Positions 8,872 to 19,135 of a stretch of DNA of 64,000 nt are shown here, one piece after another. The position numbers and the translations under genes are program-made. The DNA is from Candidatus Bathyarchaeota archaeon. GTDB taxonomy: Archaea; Thermoproteota; Bathyarchaeia; Bathyarchaeales; Bathycorpusculaceae. The DNA lies in NCBI GenBank assembly GCA_963811105.1, contig CAWEPZ010000011.1:544001-608000 (forward strand). Reading direction: 5' to 3'. The notes beneath the pieces are model-generated. The model was not told the origin of the DNA. It saw only the letters and a list, made by a program, of their open reading frames with translations, and ran no database searches. Each line of letters begins with the position of its first letter. Positions within the stretch are counted from its first letter, which is position 1.

Positions 8872-11800
8872 GTGATGTCTTTGGCAAACAAAACGAATGT
8901 TAAGAATGATAAGGGTCAGATTGATTTTGCAGTAGTTGGTATCGGTGCTTCAGCCGGTGGGTTAGAAGCCTTTAGGGTTTTGCTCGAAGGTTTGCCAGTG
9001 GATACAGGTTTGTCTTTTGTTGTTATCCAGCATCTGGCAGCTGGTCAGGAAAGCATGCTGACCGATATTCTTTCAAGATTTACCAAAATTCCTGTCCAAT
9101 TAGTCAAAGATGGGCTGCAAGTTGAACCAGATCATGTTTACGTTATTCCGCCAGGAGCAACTATGACCATTGAAAAGAAGGTTCTCAAGCTTACCACGAA
9201 GGGTAAGTCTATGAAACCTATTGACACTTTTTTTGTTTCCTTAGCTGAAGACTTGAAAAGCCAAAGCATAGGAATCGTACTTTCAGGCACAGGCTCTGAC
9301 GGAACTGAAGGCCTAAAAGCAATCAAAGCACATGGAGGAATAACTTTCGCGCAAACTCCGGATTCAGCACAGTATGGTGACATGCCCCAAAATGCAATCT
9401 CAGCAGAAGCCACAGATTTTGTTCTCTCTCCAGACAAGATTGCAATAGAACTACAAAAAATCGCTAAGAACCCTCACCTATCACGAAGTGAAATAGCAGC
9501 AAAAGACGAAACAAGACCAAAGGAAGAAAAATCAAAGAAAGAAACAGGCCTAAACGCAATATTTACCATGCTAAAATCCTACTGCAATGTTGATTTTTCA
9601 CACTACAAAGAAACGGTCGTAAACCGACGTGTCACACGCCGAATGGTAATTAACCACATAGAGAAAATGGACCATTACACAAAGTTCCTGTCGGCGCATC
9701 CCAATGAGTTGGAAGCATTACATGGTGACATGCTAATAGGAGTAACAAGTTTCTTTAGAGAAACTGAAACATTTGTTGCACTCAAAGAAACAGTGTTTCC
9801 CTGTTTAGTGAAAAACCGCCAACAAAAAGAGCCTATCCGAGTTTGGATTCCAGCCTGCTCAACTGGAGAAGAAGCATATTCATTCGCCATTGCAATCCAG
9901 GAATACCTTGAAGAAAACGCCGTGACTGATTTTCAAGTTCAAATTTTCGGCACTGATGTAAACGAAAAAAACATTGAAAAAGCAAGACAAGGAATCTACC
10001 CAACAACAATAGAAACAAACGTCAATGAAAAACGACTAAAACATTTCTTCAAAAGCTCTAACGGCAACTATCAAATCTCCAAAACCATTCGAGATAAGTG
10101 CATATTTGCAAAGCAGGACATAACGGCTGACCCGCCATTTTCAAATATGGATCTTATCATTTGCCGCAACATGCTCATCTACTTTGATGAATACCTCCAA
10201 GAAAAAGTAGTGCCTACGCTACATTATGCCTTAAAAATGGGTGGTTTTCTTGTCATAGGACAATCTGAAAGCATTGGGAAATTCACTCAGTTATTTGAAC
10301 ATGTAAACAAAGGGGGCGCTATCTACATGAAAAAGAGAGCTCAGCCCAGTGCTACTTTTGGTCTGCAAGCATCAACTCCCAATTTGAAGCGCAATGAAGG
10401 CAAAGAAAGCAATAAGAAAGACGCCCTTTCGATTCTGAAAGATGAGGTCGACCGTTTGCTGGTCACTGAGTATGTCCCTGCAGCATTACTGGTTAATTCC
10501 GATTTAGATGTTCTTATTTTTCGAGGAAATATTGCACCATATGTTTTACCTGAATCAGGATTGGCAAGTTTGAATCTGGCAAAGATTATTCGCAAAGAGT
10601 TACGGTCTGAAGTACAAACAATAATCTACAGAGCAAGAAAAGAGGACAAACTTGTCAAAGAAAATGCTGTTCGGTTTGAATATGCTGGAGAAGAGAAAAC
10701 AATCAACGTCCAGGTTCTGCCGATGCATGTTGAACAATATGAGGCGCCATTTTTCCTTCTATTGTTCGAAGATGTCAGCTCAGCCGCAGCGCTCTTGCGC
10801 CAAAGGATGGAGTTAAATATCACTCCTGAAGGTCGGGAAAATCTTAAGGACCGACAAAATAGAGAACTCGGGGAGGAACTTGACTCAACTAAACAAACTT
10901 TGCAGCGAATTATTGAAACTCAAGAGGCAACAAATGAGGAACTGAGAACCACCATGGAGGAAGCGCAATCGAGCAATGAGGAACTGCAAAGCACAAACGA
11001 AGAGTTGGAAACAGCAAAGGAAGAACTTCAGTCGAGCAACGAAGAGTTAAAGACGTTAAATGATGAAGTAAAGAACAGAAATCAAGCACTTGCCCAGTTG
11101 AACGATGACTTAGCCAATTTGAACAGGAACGTAGATACAGCCATCGTTATAATCGATAAGAGTCTAAAAATTAGGCTGTTTTCGCCTTCAGCTCAGAAAA
11201 TCCTGAATCTTTCGCCATCGACAATTGGACTACCAATAACGAGTATCAAATTGAGCGTGGTAGTTGAGGATTTGAGAGAAACAATTTCGGAAGTTATTTC
11301 TAAACTAAGCGGCGTTACGAAAGAAGTGCAGGATACTCAAGGCCATTATTTTGATTTGCTAATTCGGCCTTACATAACGCAAGATGATAGGATAGATGGT
11401 GCGGTCTTAGCCTTTGTCGATATTGATGACAGGAAAAAACTTGAAAAGGCTCTACATCTAGCAGCTATAGGCGAGACTGCTGGCATGGTTGGCCATGATA
11501 TACGTAATCCATTACAGGCCATTACCGGTGACATCTACTTGGCTAAAACTGAGTTGGCTTCAACACCCGAGAGCGATGAAAAAAGGAATGCGCTAGAAAG
11601 TCTGACTGAGATTGAGAAGAACATTGATTACATTAACAAGATTGTGGCTGACCTTCAAGACTACGCGAAGACAATGGATCCTACTGCTCAAGAAACAAAC
11701 TTGGAAAATCTATGCAAGGAGTTATTGTTCGGGAAGAAGATACCTAAGAATATCAAAGTTTCGTGCAACGTCGAGAAGACTGCTAAAACAATCATGGTTG

Positions 11801-12138
11801 ACAATTCTTTATTGAAGCGCATTCTTGGCAATCTGGTTACTAATGCAGTTCAAGCTATGCCTAACGGCGGAGAACTAACCATAAGAGCGCGCCAAGAAGC
11901 AGGCGACAATGTCATTACAGTTCAAGATACGGGCATCGGCATACCTGACAAAGTCAAGCCAAAACTTTTCACTCCATTCTTCACGACTAAGTCGAAAGGT
12001 CAAGGATTAGGATTAGCGGTGGTCAAGCGTATGACTGAAGCGTTAAGCGGAACGGTAACATTTGAAAGCGTAGAAGGGAATGGGACAACTTTTATTGTAC
12101 GTTTTCCACCTCAAAAAGGTAAATGGACATTCAAATAA
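8872..12138 (+). CDS. CheB/CheR/PAS/histidine-kinase fusion protein
   Basis: CheB GASAGG..QH..GSDGTEG; CheR RVWIPACSTGEEAYS, CRNMLIYF; coiled coil NEELQSTNEELET; HisKA GHDIRNPL; HATPase NLVTNA..DTGIGI..GQGLGL. Confidence 0.93.
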   Translation: MMSLANKTNVKNDKGQIDFAVVGIGASAGGLEAFRVLLEGLPVDTGLSFVVIQHLAAGQESMLTDILSRFTKIPVQLVKDGLQVEPDHVYVIPPGATMTIEKKVLKLTTKGKSMKPIDTFFVSLAEDLKSQSIGIVLSGTGSDGTEGLKAIKAHGGITFAQTPDSAQYGDMPQNAISAEATDFVLSPDKIAIELQKIAKNPHLSRSEIAAKDETRPKEEKSKKETGLNAIFTMLKSYCNVDFSHYKETVVNRRVTRRMVINHIEKMDHYTKFLSAHPNELEALHGDMLIGVTSFFRETETFVALKETVFPCLVKNRQQKEPIRVWIPACSTGEEAYSFAIAIQEYLEENAVTDFQVQIFGTDVNEKNIEKARQGIYPTTIETNVNEKRLKHFFKSSNGNYQISKTIRDKCIFAKQDITADPPFSNMDLIICRNMLIYFDEYLQEKVVPTLHYALKMGGFLVIGQSESIGKFTQLFEHVNKGGAIYMKKRAQPSATFGLQASTPNLKRNEGKESNKKDALSILKDEVDRLLVTEYVPAALLVNSDLDVLIFRGNIAPYVLPESGLASLNLAKIIRKELRSEVQTIIYRARKEDKLVKENAVRFEYAGEEKTINVQVLPMHVEQYEAPFFLLLFEDVSSAAALLRQRMELNITPEGRENLKDRQNRELGEELDSTKQTLQRIIETQEATNEELRTTMEEAQSSNEELQSTNEELETAKEELQSSNEELKTLNDEVKNRNQALAQLNDDLANLNRNVDTAIVIIDKSLKIRLFSPSAQKILNLSPSTIGLPITSIKLSVVVEDLRETISEVISKLSGVTKEVQDTQGHYFDLLIRPYITQDDRIDGAVLAFVDIDDRKKLEKALHLAAIGETAGMVGHDIRNPLQAITGDIYLAKTELASTPESDEKRNALESLTEIEKNIDYINKIVADLQDYAKTMDPTAQETNLENLCKELLFGKKIPKNIKVSCNVEKTAKTIMVDNSLLKRILGNLVTNAVQAMPNGGELTIRARQEAGDNVITVQDTGIGIPDKVKPKLFTPFFTTKSKGQGLGLAVVKRMTEALSGTVTFESVEGNGTTFIVRFPPQKGKWTFK

Positions 12139-12204
12139 AGACTTTTTTTTCTTTTTGAGCAGAGAATAGAGTTTCAAAATGCAGTTCAACAAATTCGCTT
12201 CTTT

Positions 12205-12554
12205 ACCTTTTCTGTTTTAAGGCTTCTTTGTCGATTTTCTCTAGAACACGATTTGAAAGGGCGATGCATGCTGGGTGTTTGCGTGCCTAAAGCCCGAGCC
12301 CCTACCGGACTCAGCCACAAATCGGCACTTGAGACCTTAAGTCCATTTCGTTTAGAACCCTTAAGATGCCGTTTCATCTTAATTTTATTGCTCAACTAGT
12401 TCGCATGTAATTTAAACACAATATATTAGGCGGTAAGCCATAATTTCGGGGAATAATATGGGCATATTTATTAAAATAAGTGCAATAATAGACTGAATTT
12501 GGAAATGGCACGGGATGTCAGATTTAAGTTCACGTTTAAATTTCACCCGAGAAA
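12205..12554. repeat. Cassette junction: element end, degenerate tRNA-Ser(GCT) 3' copy (12506..12534) and right arm
   Basis: Homologous to 15175..15468, with identical ggcggtaagccataatttc and ctgaatttggaaatggc; 22/29 match to the tRNA 3' end, then tttaaatttcacccgagaaa. Confidence 0.9.
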
Positions 12555-12673
12555 GCCTATGAATAACGGAACAAAACAAGGGAGCTTATTCAATTAGAAG
12601 GGCGTTTGAAAACTCCGCTAAGACGCGTGTCAGATTACTAACTTTGGAGATGTATGTAGCCCGATCTCTGCAA

Positions 12674-13978
12674 TTAGCAATGTGTTTGTTTGGTCTGAAA
12701 TGGTGTAGAGGTAGATGTAAATGTTGAAACAAGCCACGCTGAAACCGCCAAGCAAGACGCGGCTGCTATGAACGTTGTATAGAATCCGAGATAAAACGAG
12801 AAGAATCCCGAAACCAAGGATCCAACCATCGTAGCGACAGCAACCAGGGCACTATAGACTCCCAGAGAAGAACCCTGATTTGTCTGTCCGAGCGCGTTAA
12901 ATACCATGGTGTTCGATGAAGTGAAATATATCGAATAGGCAACTCCGGCGGCAAGAGGATAAAGAATTAGCACAGGAGCGAGGAACCATACTCCGGCTAT
13001 AAGATATACGGAAACACCCAACAGCCCGTAGCAAGTTGATCTTAAGATAAGACTTGTGACGGTTGCCTTAGCAGGCGATTTCTTCTCGGAGTAGGGACCC
13101 GCGTACTTAAACGAAACCATCTGAACTACCATGCCGATTGTCGTGGCTAAAAAAATTAGCAGGTTTGAAGCATGTTTTGCATGCAAAGAGGGAACGATTG
13201 AAGTGTTGAAGATTCCCGAACCCAGATAGAACGCAAAGATGGAGAGATAGAGAAGCGGCACATGTTTGGTAAGTTCACATTTTAAGGATGTGAACACTCT
13301 CCTGAAATCGTTTAGCCTTGGAATCTTTAAGAAGAGATAAGGTATGACTTTAAGTCGATGAAAGAAGCTGGATCTGGTCAAAGTTATCATTTTGCGCTCA
13401 AAAATAACTTTTGGCTCTCTTATCATTAGAACAGAAAGACCAGCAGAAATCAGCGATAGAATTGCTAAAGCCACTACGATGTAGGTTAACGGAAAAAACA
13501 GAGTCCAAACCAAGCAGGTAATCAGCCCAATAGCGTTGCCGATGCTCGAAATCATGGATAGTCTTGCAAAAGCGGTTGCCCACTTTTGTTTACGCTCCGT
13601 CTCCATTATGAGAAGATTCAAAGGCGTTGTAGACGCAGTCGTTGCAAAAGAGAATAAGGCATATAATAAAGAGATAGAGTAAAATGTTCTTGCCACCAAA
13701 AATAATCCGAAAACTCCTGCCGTTGCCAAGTAACTTATAATAATAATCGGTCTTCTTTTGTGTTCTCGATCAACAGCAAAACCCCAAAATATTGCAGCAG
13801 GAATGCTGACCATATTATATAGCGTAATCGCGAGGCCCACTTCAATAACTGTTCCATGCATGTTTAATATAAGAAGCTGAATAATGGTCGGAACAGGTCC
13901 CAAGGCAATGCTGATTGGCAATACCGAATTTATCCAAGCGACACGATTTGTCCTCTTTGCGACAACCAGATTGTTCAT
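12674..13978 (-). CDS. MFS transporter
   Basis: 434 aa, about 12 TM, WGFAVDREHKRRP motif-A variant. Confidence 0.9.
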   Translation of the reverse strand: MNNLVVAKRTNRVAWINSVLPISIALGPVPTIIQLLILNMHGTVIEVGLAITLYNMVSIPAAIFWGFAVDREHKRRPIIIISYLATAGVFGLFLVARTFYSISLLYALFSFATTASTTPLNLLIMETERKQKWATAFARLSMISSIGNAIGLITCLVWTLFFPLTYIVVALAILSLISAGLSVLMIREPKVIFERKMITLTRSSFFHRLKVIPYLFLKIPRLNDFRRVFTSLKCELTKHVPLLYLSIFAFYLGSGIFNTSIVPSLHAKHASNLLIFLATTIGMVVQMVSFKYAGPYSEKKSPAKATVTSLILRSTCYGLLGVSVYLIAGVWFLAPVLILYPLAAGVAYSIYFTSSNTMVFNALGQTNQGSSLGVYSALVAVATMVGSLVSGFFSFYLGFYTTFIAAASCLAVSAWLVSTFTSTSTPFQTKQTHC

Positions 13979-14294
13979 GGCACGAGAATCAACCTCAGGG
14001 GTTCCGGTTGGTTCTTGGAAAGTTAAACCTCCTTTTTGAGTTCAAAATGTGTCTCTTCTTTTCCGGCGGCAGTCAATCAGCTCTCCTTTTTAACGACTAT
14101 CGTATGGCATATTTTAAAATTAACTGAACTCCGAATGACGTTTAACATAGAAGATGAGCGCCGCAATCTTTTCAAGACCCAAAGCCCCACAAGTTGAGTT
14201 AAAATCTTACTAAAACTAATTACATTCATGACCTTAATCAATACGAACCTCCACCGACTCCGCTCTCACCGGAATAAATCTTTCACACGCTCAC

Positions 14295-14447
14295 AAGTAG
14301 TTTGAATACTAGACTTTATGTGGAGACCTGTAATTTCTGACAGCAATTTGAGCAGAATGTTTTAAAACAGCTTCAATAAAAACTTAAAATGGAAATAATG
14401 GCGCGGGATGTTAGATTTACACCCACGTTTAAATTCCACGCGAGAAA
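14295..14447. repeat. Cassette junction: element end, tRNA-Ser(GCT) 3' copy (14399..14427) and right arm
   Basis: tggcgcgggatgttagatttacacccacg matches the tRNA 3' end at 25/29, followed by tttaaattccacgcgagaaa; the upstream part matches 217..260. Confidence 0.9.
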
Positions 14448-14634
14448 TGTTTGAAATTATGAACAAGTCAATGCTTTTTTCAAGCCCAAAAGAGTGCGAG
14501 TCCCCGAGCTAAAGTTGACTGATTAAGGCGTTTTTTACAAACTCTGACATGGGTTTGAGCTGCCGTCCTAGAAAAACTGATTAACAGTATCTTCAAAAAA
14601 CTCTAAAACACAACGCTTCTTGGAAGGAAAATGT

Positions 14635-15003
14635 TCAAGGTTTTTCGTATTTAGATTCTTCAATTCTCTTCTTTTCCAGTTCTTCGGTTGTTAATTGTTG
14701 TTCTTTTTGCCGTTCTTGTTGTTTCTCTTTTGGCGGCCAAGTGATCGGGTCCTTCACATAAGTTTTCATGAGACTTATTTTGCCGCAGGCCGGACATTTC
14801 AATTGTTTGAGTGGTCCTATATGAAAGCCAGATAAACTATGTGAAGCGTCAAAGACATTGCCGCATTTTGAGCATTTAGCTCGCATGGAGCCGGGAGTTC
14901 TCATCATGTAAAGACGAACAGCCACAGCCACAACAACTACTATTATTACTACAATGATTCCCACGTACGGTCCGCCGATTGATACACCGATTAATTGTCC
15001 CAT
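14635..15003 (-). CDS. Single-TM zinc-ribbon protein
   Basis: N-terminal TM helix, CSKCG..CPACG, charged tail. Confidence 0.75.
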   Translation of the reverse strand: MGQLIGVSIGGPYVGIIVVIIVVVVAVAVRLYMMRTPGSMRAKCSKCGNVFDASHSLSGFHIGPLKQLKCPACGKISLMKTYVKDPITWPPKEKQQERQKEQQLTTEELEKKRIEESKYEKP

Positions 15004-15174
15004 TCAAATACGCCATTTCTCTATTTTGAGAATTTATGTTTCGATAAATACATTTGCTTCAGAAACAAGTATTTTAGCTTCTCAGATCGGACTATAGGCA
15101 AATTTGGTTTCTCAATTTTGCTGATCAAAAAATAGTGTTTCAAAGATAAGCTCGACCTATTTACCTGATAACTT

Positions 15175-15439
15175 TTTCTCTTGGAGGCTTCTTTTCCATT
15201 TTGCAGTTTGAAGTGGGCTTAATTCTGAATGAGGTTTGGTCTCTCTACCGGGTTCAGCCCCAAATCGGCTTAAGCCGTAGTACATTTCGCTGAGAACCTA
15301 AACATCATTCCATTCTAATTTGGAAAAACTAATTGGCGTGGAATTTAAGCACTATACCTTGGGCGGTAAGCCATAATTTCAAATAACAATTTGAGCATAA
15401 TTATTGAAAATAGGTTCATAAATAGGCTGAATTTGGAAA
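15175..15439. repeat. Element end adjoining the tRNA-Ser(GCT) 3' end
   Basis: Homologous to 12205..12505; contains gcgtggaatttaagc (15336..15350), the inverse of the att right arm. Confidence 0.85.
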
Positions 15440-15526
15440 TGGCGCGGGATGTGGGATTTGAACCCACGCGGCCTTTCGACCACAGACTTAGCAGGCCTGC
15501 CCCCTACCAGGCTAGGGCAATCCCGC
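15440..15526 (-). tRNA. tRNA-Ser(GCT), no intron, encoded CCA
   Basis: Reverse complement GCGGGATTGCCCTAGCCTGGTAGGGGG-CAGGC-CT-GCT-AA-GTCTG-long variable arm-GTGGGTTCAAATCCCAC-ATCCCGC-G-CCA. Confidence 0.97.
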
Positions 15527-15913
15527 AATGGTGTCCCTGTCTACTTTATTCCTTTGACAAGCAGCTTTTCTTATTTGCCATGTGGTCAACTTATGCTGCG
15601 TTCAGTAGAAGAGTGATGATTGGCTATTTTTGTCTTTTGTTATGATTTTATCTCTGTGGGAACACTGGGAAATGCTACTCTAATAGAACGAGATATTGTA
15701 AAAAAAAGAGAAACAGCGGTATAAATACGAATTAGCCAGTGGAGGGTCCGCTGGGACTCGCCTAATTATTTAAGCGAATCCTTATTTTCTAAACTACAAG
15801 ACAATGGTGAGTCTATATTTGCCAGGTTGAGGATTTGAACCCTATGGCAAGTGGAGAAATCTCCCGCACATCCTTTTTTCTTTCCTAAAAATGGTTGGTT
15901 AGATTAAACTACG

Positions 15914-16612
15914 CTAACTACTGCCTACTAACTCTAGCTTTTCTAGCCATATCTCAAACCCTACCTCTTCATCGATAATTTTACACCCTTTAAATTTGGA
16001 TTTTTTGATGATGTCTTGGATTTCGGTTCGAGTGTAAGCCGATTTCGCTAACCCTTTGAAAGTTTGCTTGGTAAAGTATGAGTCGAACAAGTTCAATTTC
16101 ATGCGATCAACAAATTCGTTCAGTTTGTCTTCGGGAACATCCTTATTCATATCGATAATCAGCGCCTTACCGCTTGCCTTTAAAACCCTAAATATTTCGT
16201 CTAAGACCTTAATTGGGTCTGGAAAGTTTTTGAAAGCAGAAGTACAGACTGCAAAATTAAATGTTCCATCCAGAAAAGGCATTTCAGCAGCATCACCCTG
16301 ACGGAAATCGACCTTTACTCTTGCTTCCGTAGCTTTGTTTTGCGCGATTTCCACAAAGGTTTTGCTTATGTCTAATCCAGTTATGTTATAGTTACCAAGC
16401 TTTGCAAGTTCAACCGACAAGTATCCTGGACCTGGAGCTACTTCAAGCACATTACTGCTCGGTGAAGTGTTGTCGCTCACAAGTTTAGCCCATGATTTGT
16501 ATTCTCCAATCATGTGCTTTTGAATCCTGTTATACTGTTTGGCTATAACGCCCTCCATTGCTATGCCCTTGTAGGCTTTTCTTTTTTTAGACGAAGGAGA
16601 ATTTGTTTTCAT
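15914..16612 (-). CDS. Class I SAM-dependent methyltransferase
   Basis: VLEVAPGPGYL, GLDIS, GDAAEMPF, EIFRVLK; start placed at MKTNS. Confidence 0.9.
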   Translation of the reverse strand: MKTNSPSSKKRKAYKGIAMEGVIAKQYNRIQKHMIGEYKSWAKLVSDNTSPSSNVLEVAPGPGYLSVELAKLGNYNITGLDISKTFVEIAQNKATEARVKVDFRQGDAAEMPFLDGTFNFAVCTSAFKNFPDPIKVLDEIFRVLKASGKALIIDMNKDVPEDKLNEFVDRMKLNLFDSYFTKQTFKGLAKSAYTRTEIQDIIKKSKFKGCKIIDEEVGFEIWLEKLELVGSS

Positions 16613-16613
16613 G

Positions 16614-17015
16614 CTATTTCTCACTCTTTGTCTGCTGTAATTCAAGCGTCGCTTCGTAGTTCTTCAATGAAACAAGAGCACCGAGAACTATGTATAGGGC
16701 AGTGACGCCTACTGGCAGTCCACCACCCACCTCAAGACTCGGTTGAGTGCTCACTGCTACCCGAAGAATGACACCTAATGCTCCCAAAATTGAAGCTCCT
16801 GCGTAACTCCAAACCTTTTTTCTTCGACAATTGTAGATAAAAACTATACTCAGGATAGTAATTGGAGTAATGAAGGCTACTGATAGAAGTCTCATTTCAG
16901 TTGTGCCCGTTGCGAAAGTAGCTAAGAAGGCAAGAATGATTGCTACAAGAAATAACTCTAGTAAACCAACTGCAGTTTTCATGTTGATGCTTAGCGATTC
17001 ATTAACAATCTTCAA
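16614..17015 (-). CDS. Small membrane protein, about 4 TM
   Basis: Hydrophobic 133-aa ORF abutting the methyltransferase. Confidence 0.7.
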   Translation of the reverse strand: MKIVNESLSINMKTAVGLLELFLVAIILAFLATFATGTTEMRLLSVAFITPITILSIVFIYNCRRKKVWSYAGASILGALGVILRVAVSTQPSLEVGGGLPVGVTALYIVLGALVSLKNYEATLELQQTKSEK

Positions 17016-17216
17016 AGTTATTCACCGCCTGCATCAACTAGTTGTTGAATACATACTCATTAAAGTTCAGTATAACTGATATTCAAAAAAACCTGAAGTG
17101 GAACTTCAACCCCTGATAATTTGGACAGGACATGAGTTTTGAACCCCTTCATTCTGCCTTGAGTCTGAATAGTATGACTATTTGAACCTGCGACAGAGTA
17201 GAGTAAAGCGCCATAG

Positions 17217-17342
17217 TGGGGAACCGAACCCTAAACATCCATATTAGTAATTGTACTGGGGATGGGCTCTTAAGTTGAGGGCCGATTCCATTCCCCGTTT
17301 AGGCTTCAAGGAAGTGGTTTGCATACATATTACCGATCCTCC
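17217..17342. repeat. Dispersed ~125-bp structured repeat, copy B
   Basis: Roughly three-quarters identical by eye to 125..250. Confidence 0.85.
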
Positions 17343-17389
17343 AGTTGCCAAACGAGCTTATAAAATTGAGGGGCAGCACACACGTTTAA

Positions 17390-17821
17390 TCATTTCATTC
17401 TTTCCCATATCAAGTATCCGCTTTGTTGTTTACCGCCAAGAATCATGGGCGGTGTGCTTAGTACCAGTTTATCTCCTTCAAACTTGAAGAACCGTACCTG
17501 ATCTTTTCCTATCCAATTCGGATAGAAGCTAACCTCTACGTGATGTATGACCCTAACTTCAGCGACCTCGTACTTGCCACAATAAGAGATGTAGGAACCA
17601 TATGCGGCAACTATTTCTTCTGTAGTGCCGCCCATTATATCCATTGACGAAAAACTCCTTCTATTCGAAGCCATTAATGCTACTGCCATGTATCCCCCAT
17701 CGTTATACATGATATAGCCGACGGGATTTTTTCCCAAAGGGTAGGTCACTTGGTCTCCTGACCGATTTTCGTAGGACACGAGCTTCCAAGTTCCTATGAA
17801 TCTTTCAGACATAAATTCCAC
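17390..17821 (-). CDS. Lipocalin-like (Lipocalin_5) protein
   Basis: FIGTWKLVSYE..PVGYIMY..GYMAV..SYCGKY..PNWIG..LIWER. Confidence 0.85.
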   Translation of the reverse strand: MEFMSERFIGTWKLVSYENRSGDQVTYPLGKNPVGYIMYNDGGYMAVALMASNRRSFSSMDIMGGTTEEIVAAYGSYISYCGKYEVAEVRVIHHVEVSFYPNWIGKDQVRFFKFEGDKLVLSTPPMILGGKQQSGYLIWERMK

Positions 17822-17871
17822 TTTGGCTAGAATAAGCCTTTTCTATGTAAAAATCTTTTGTTGATAGCGCG

Positions 17872-18971
17872 CTGGTTTGTCCCGAAATTCCTAACGTTTA
17901 TGTTTGAGTTGGGGTCTCGTATTTTTTGAGAAACGTCCAAGCTTAGGAGGTGAGTCCTAGCGGGACAAGATGAACACGAGACCCTAGAAGTCTTTTTTCG
18001 AAACGTGGACTTAAGCTTTGCCAAGACTATGGTTTGCAGTAGCTTTCACAGTAATGGTCCGGGAAGACCTCCAAGAAATCCTTTGGGCATTCTCAAGACA
18101 TTCCTTGTCATGCGTATGAAAGGCGTTCGCAGTCTCAGGGAAATGACAAGGCTCTTAGATGTTGACAAGAGGTTGAGAAAAATATGCCTGCTTAAATCAG
18201 GCGAAGCAGCCTATTCCAGAAGTGTTCTAAGCAGGTTTACGCGAAAAGTTGGAGAAGACAACATCAATAAGATAATCGACGAGAAAGTGGTCGAGCTCTT
18301 AAAGTGCAACGGTACCCATGAGGTTGACGTTGTCTTGGATGCATCCTTCATCAAAGCCTGGAGCACTAGGGATCCAATGGATAATCAAACAGGATATTCT
18401 GACAAAGAAGCAAGGGTTGGGAGAACAGGCCGAAGCTATGCCTTAGGCTATAAGATTCATTTATCGATTGATTCAGAGACTATGCTTCCGTTGTCTTGTT
18501 TGTTTGCTTCAGCTAATCAGAATGAGAGGAGGCATTCCTTAACTATTCTTGAGAGGGCAAAGCTGGTTCTGAAGAATTCAGGAGTCAAGCTGAGAAATCT
18601 AATTGCCGACAGTCAATACAGTGATGGCAAAATTAGATCTGCAGTTGACAAAGCGGTGATTCCTTATCCATCGAACCAGAAGCCGGGTGATAAAGACCTT
18701 TTGCGTGTGGATAAGAAGTTTAGGACTTTTGGCCCTGAGGATCAGAAGAGGGAGTATCATAAGCGACCGCCAATTGAAGCAGTGAATAGCTTCTTAAAGA
18801 CTCAGTTTGGAATGGCGACGAATAAGGTTAGAGGTTTAAAACAAGTTACAGTCTACGCGTTGCTTAGCATATTTTGCTTGGTTCTTAACAGGGAAGCTGC
18901 TCAAAACATTGGAAGATTCGATAAAGCGGTTTCACCAACTTACTTCAACACTTAATATTGGGACAAGGCAG
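17872..18971 (+). mobile_element. IS element, IS5/IS1182-like DDE, ~1.1 kb
   Basis: IRL ctggtttgtcccgaaatt versus IRR reverse complement ctgccttgtcccaatatt; flanked by cgcg on both sides (probable TSD, register ambiguous within the GC run). Confidence 0.85.
18005..18955 (+). CDS. DDE transposase with DUF772-like N-terminus
   Basis: GRPP..SLREM..SVLSRF; VLDASFI, IADSQYS, YHKRPPIEAVNSFLK. Confidence 0.9.
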   Translation: MDLSFAKTMVCSSFHSNGPGRPPRNPLGILKTFLVMRMKGVRSLREMTRLLDVDKRLRKICLLKSGEAAYSRSVLSRFTRKVGEDNINKIIDEKVVELLKCNGTHEVDVVLDASFIKAWSTRDPMDNQTGYSDKEARVGRTGRSYALGYKIHLSIDSETMLPLSCLFASANQNERRHSLTILERAKLVLKNSGVKLRNLIADSQYSDGKIRSAVDKAVIPYPSNQKPGDKDLLRVDKKFRTFGPEDQKREYHKRPPIEAVNSFLKTQFGMATNKVRGLKQVTVYALLSIFCLVLNREAAQNIGRFDKAVSPTYFNT

Positions 18972-19135
18972 CGCGCGACTGTTTGGCGCTTGTCTTGCTC
19001 AAGATCGATTTGTATCCTCATCGAGTCAGAAGACACGTGATGATTTGTTTTTTTTTAATCAATCCTAATATCTGGATCGAGCCGTGCTTGAACCCAAACA
19101 TTAGCTCAATTTACTCGTTTTATAGGGGCGCGCGC

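Noticed and set aside
15391-15645. ORF MSIIIEN..MARDVGFEPT overlapping tRNA-Ser(GCT), and ORFs 310..501 and 366..551 over tRNA-Ser(GGA)
   Set aside because: Shadow translations of tRNA genes. An SSV-type split integrase was considered, but no integrase motifs follow any att copy.
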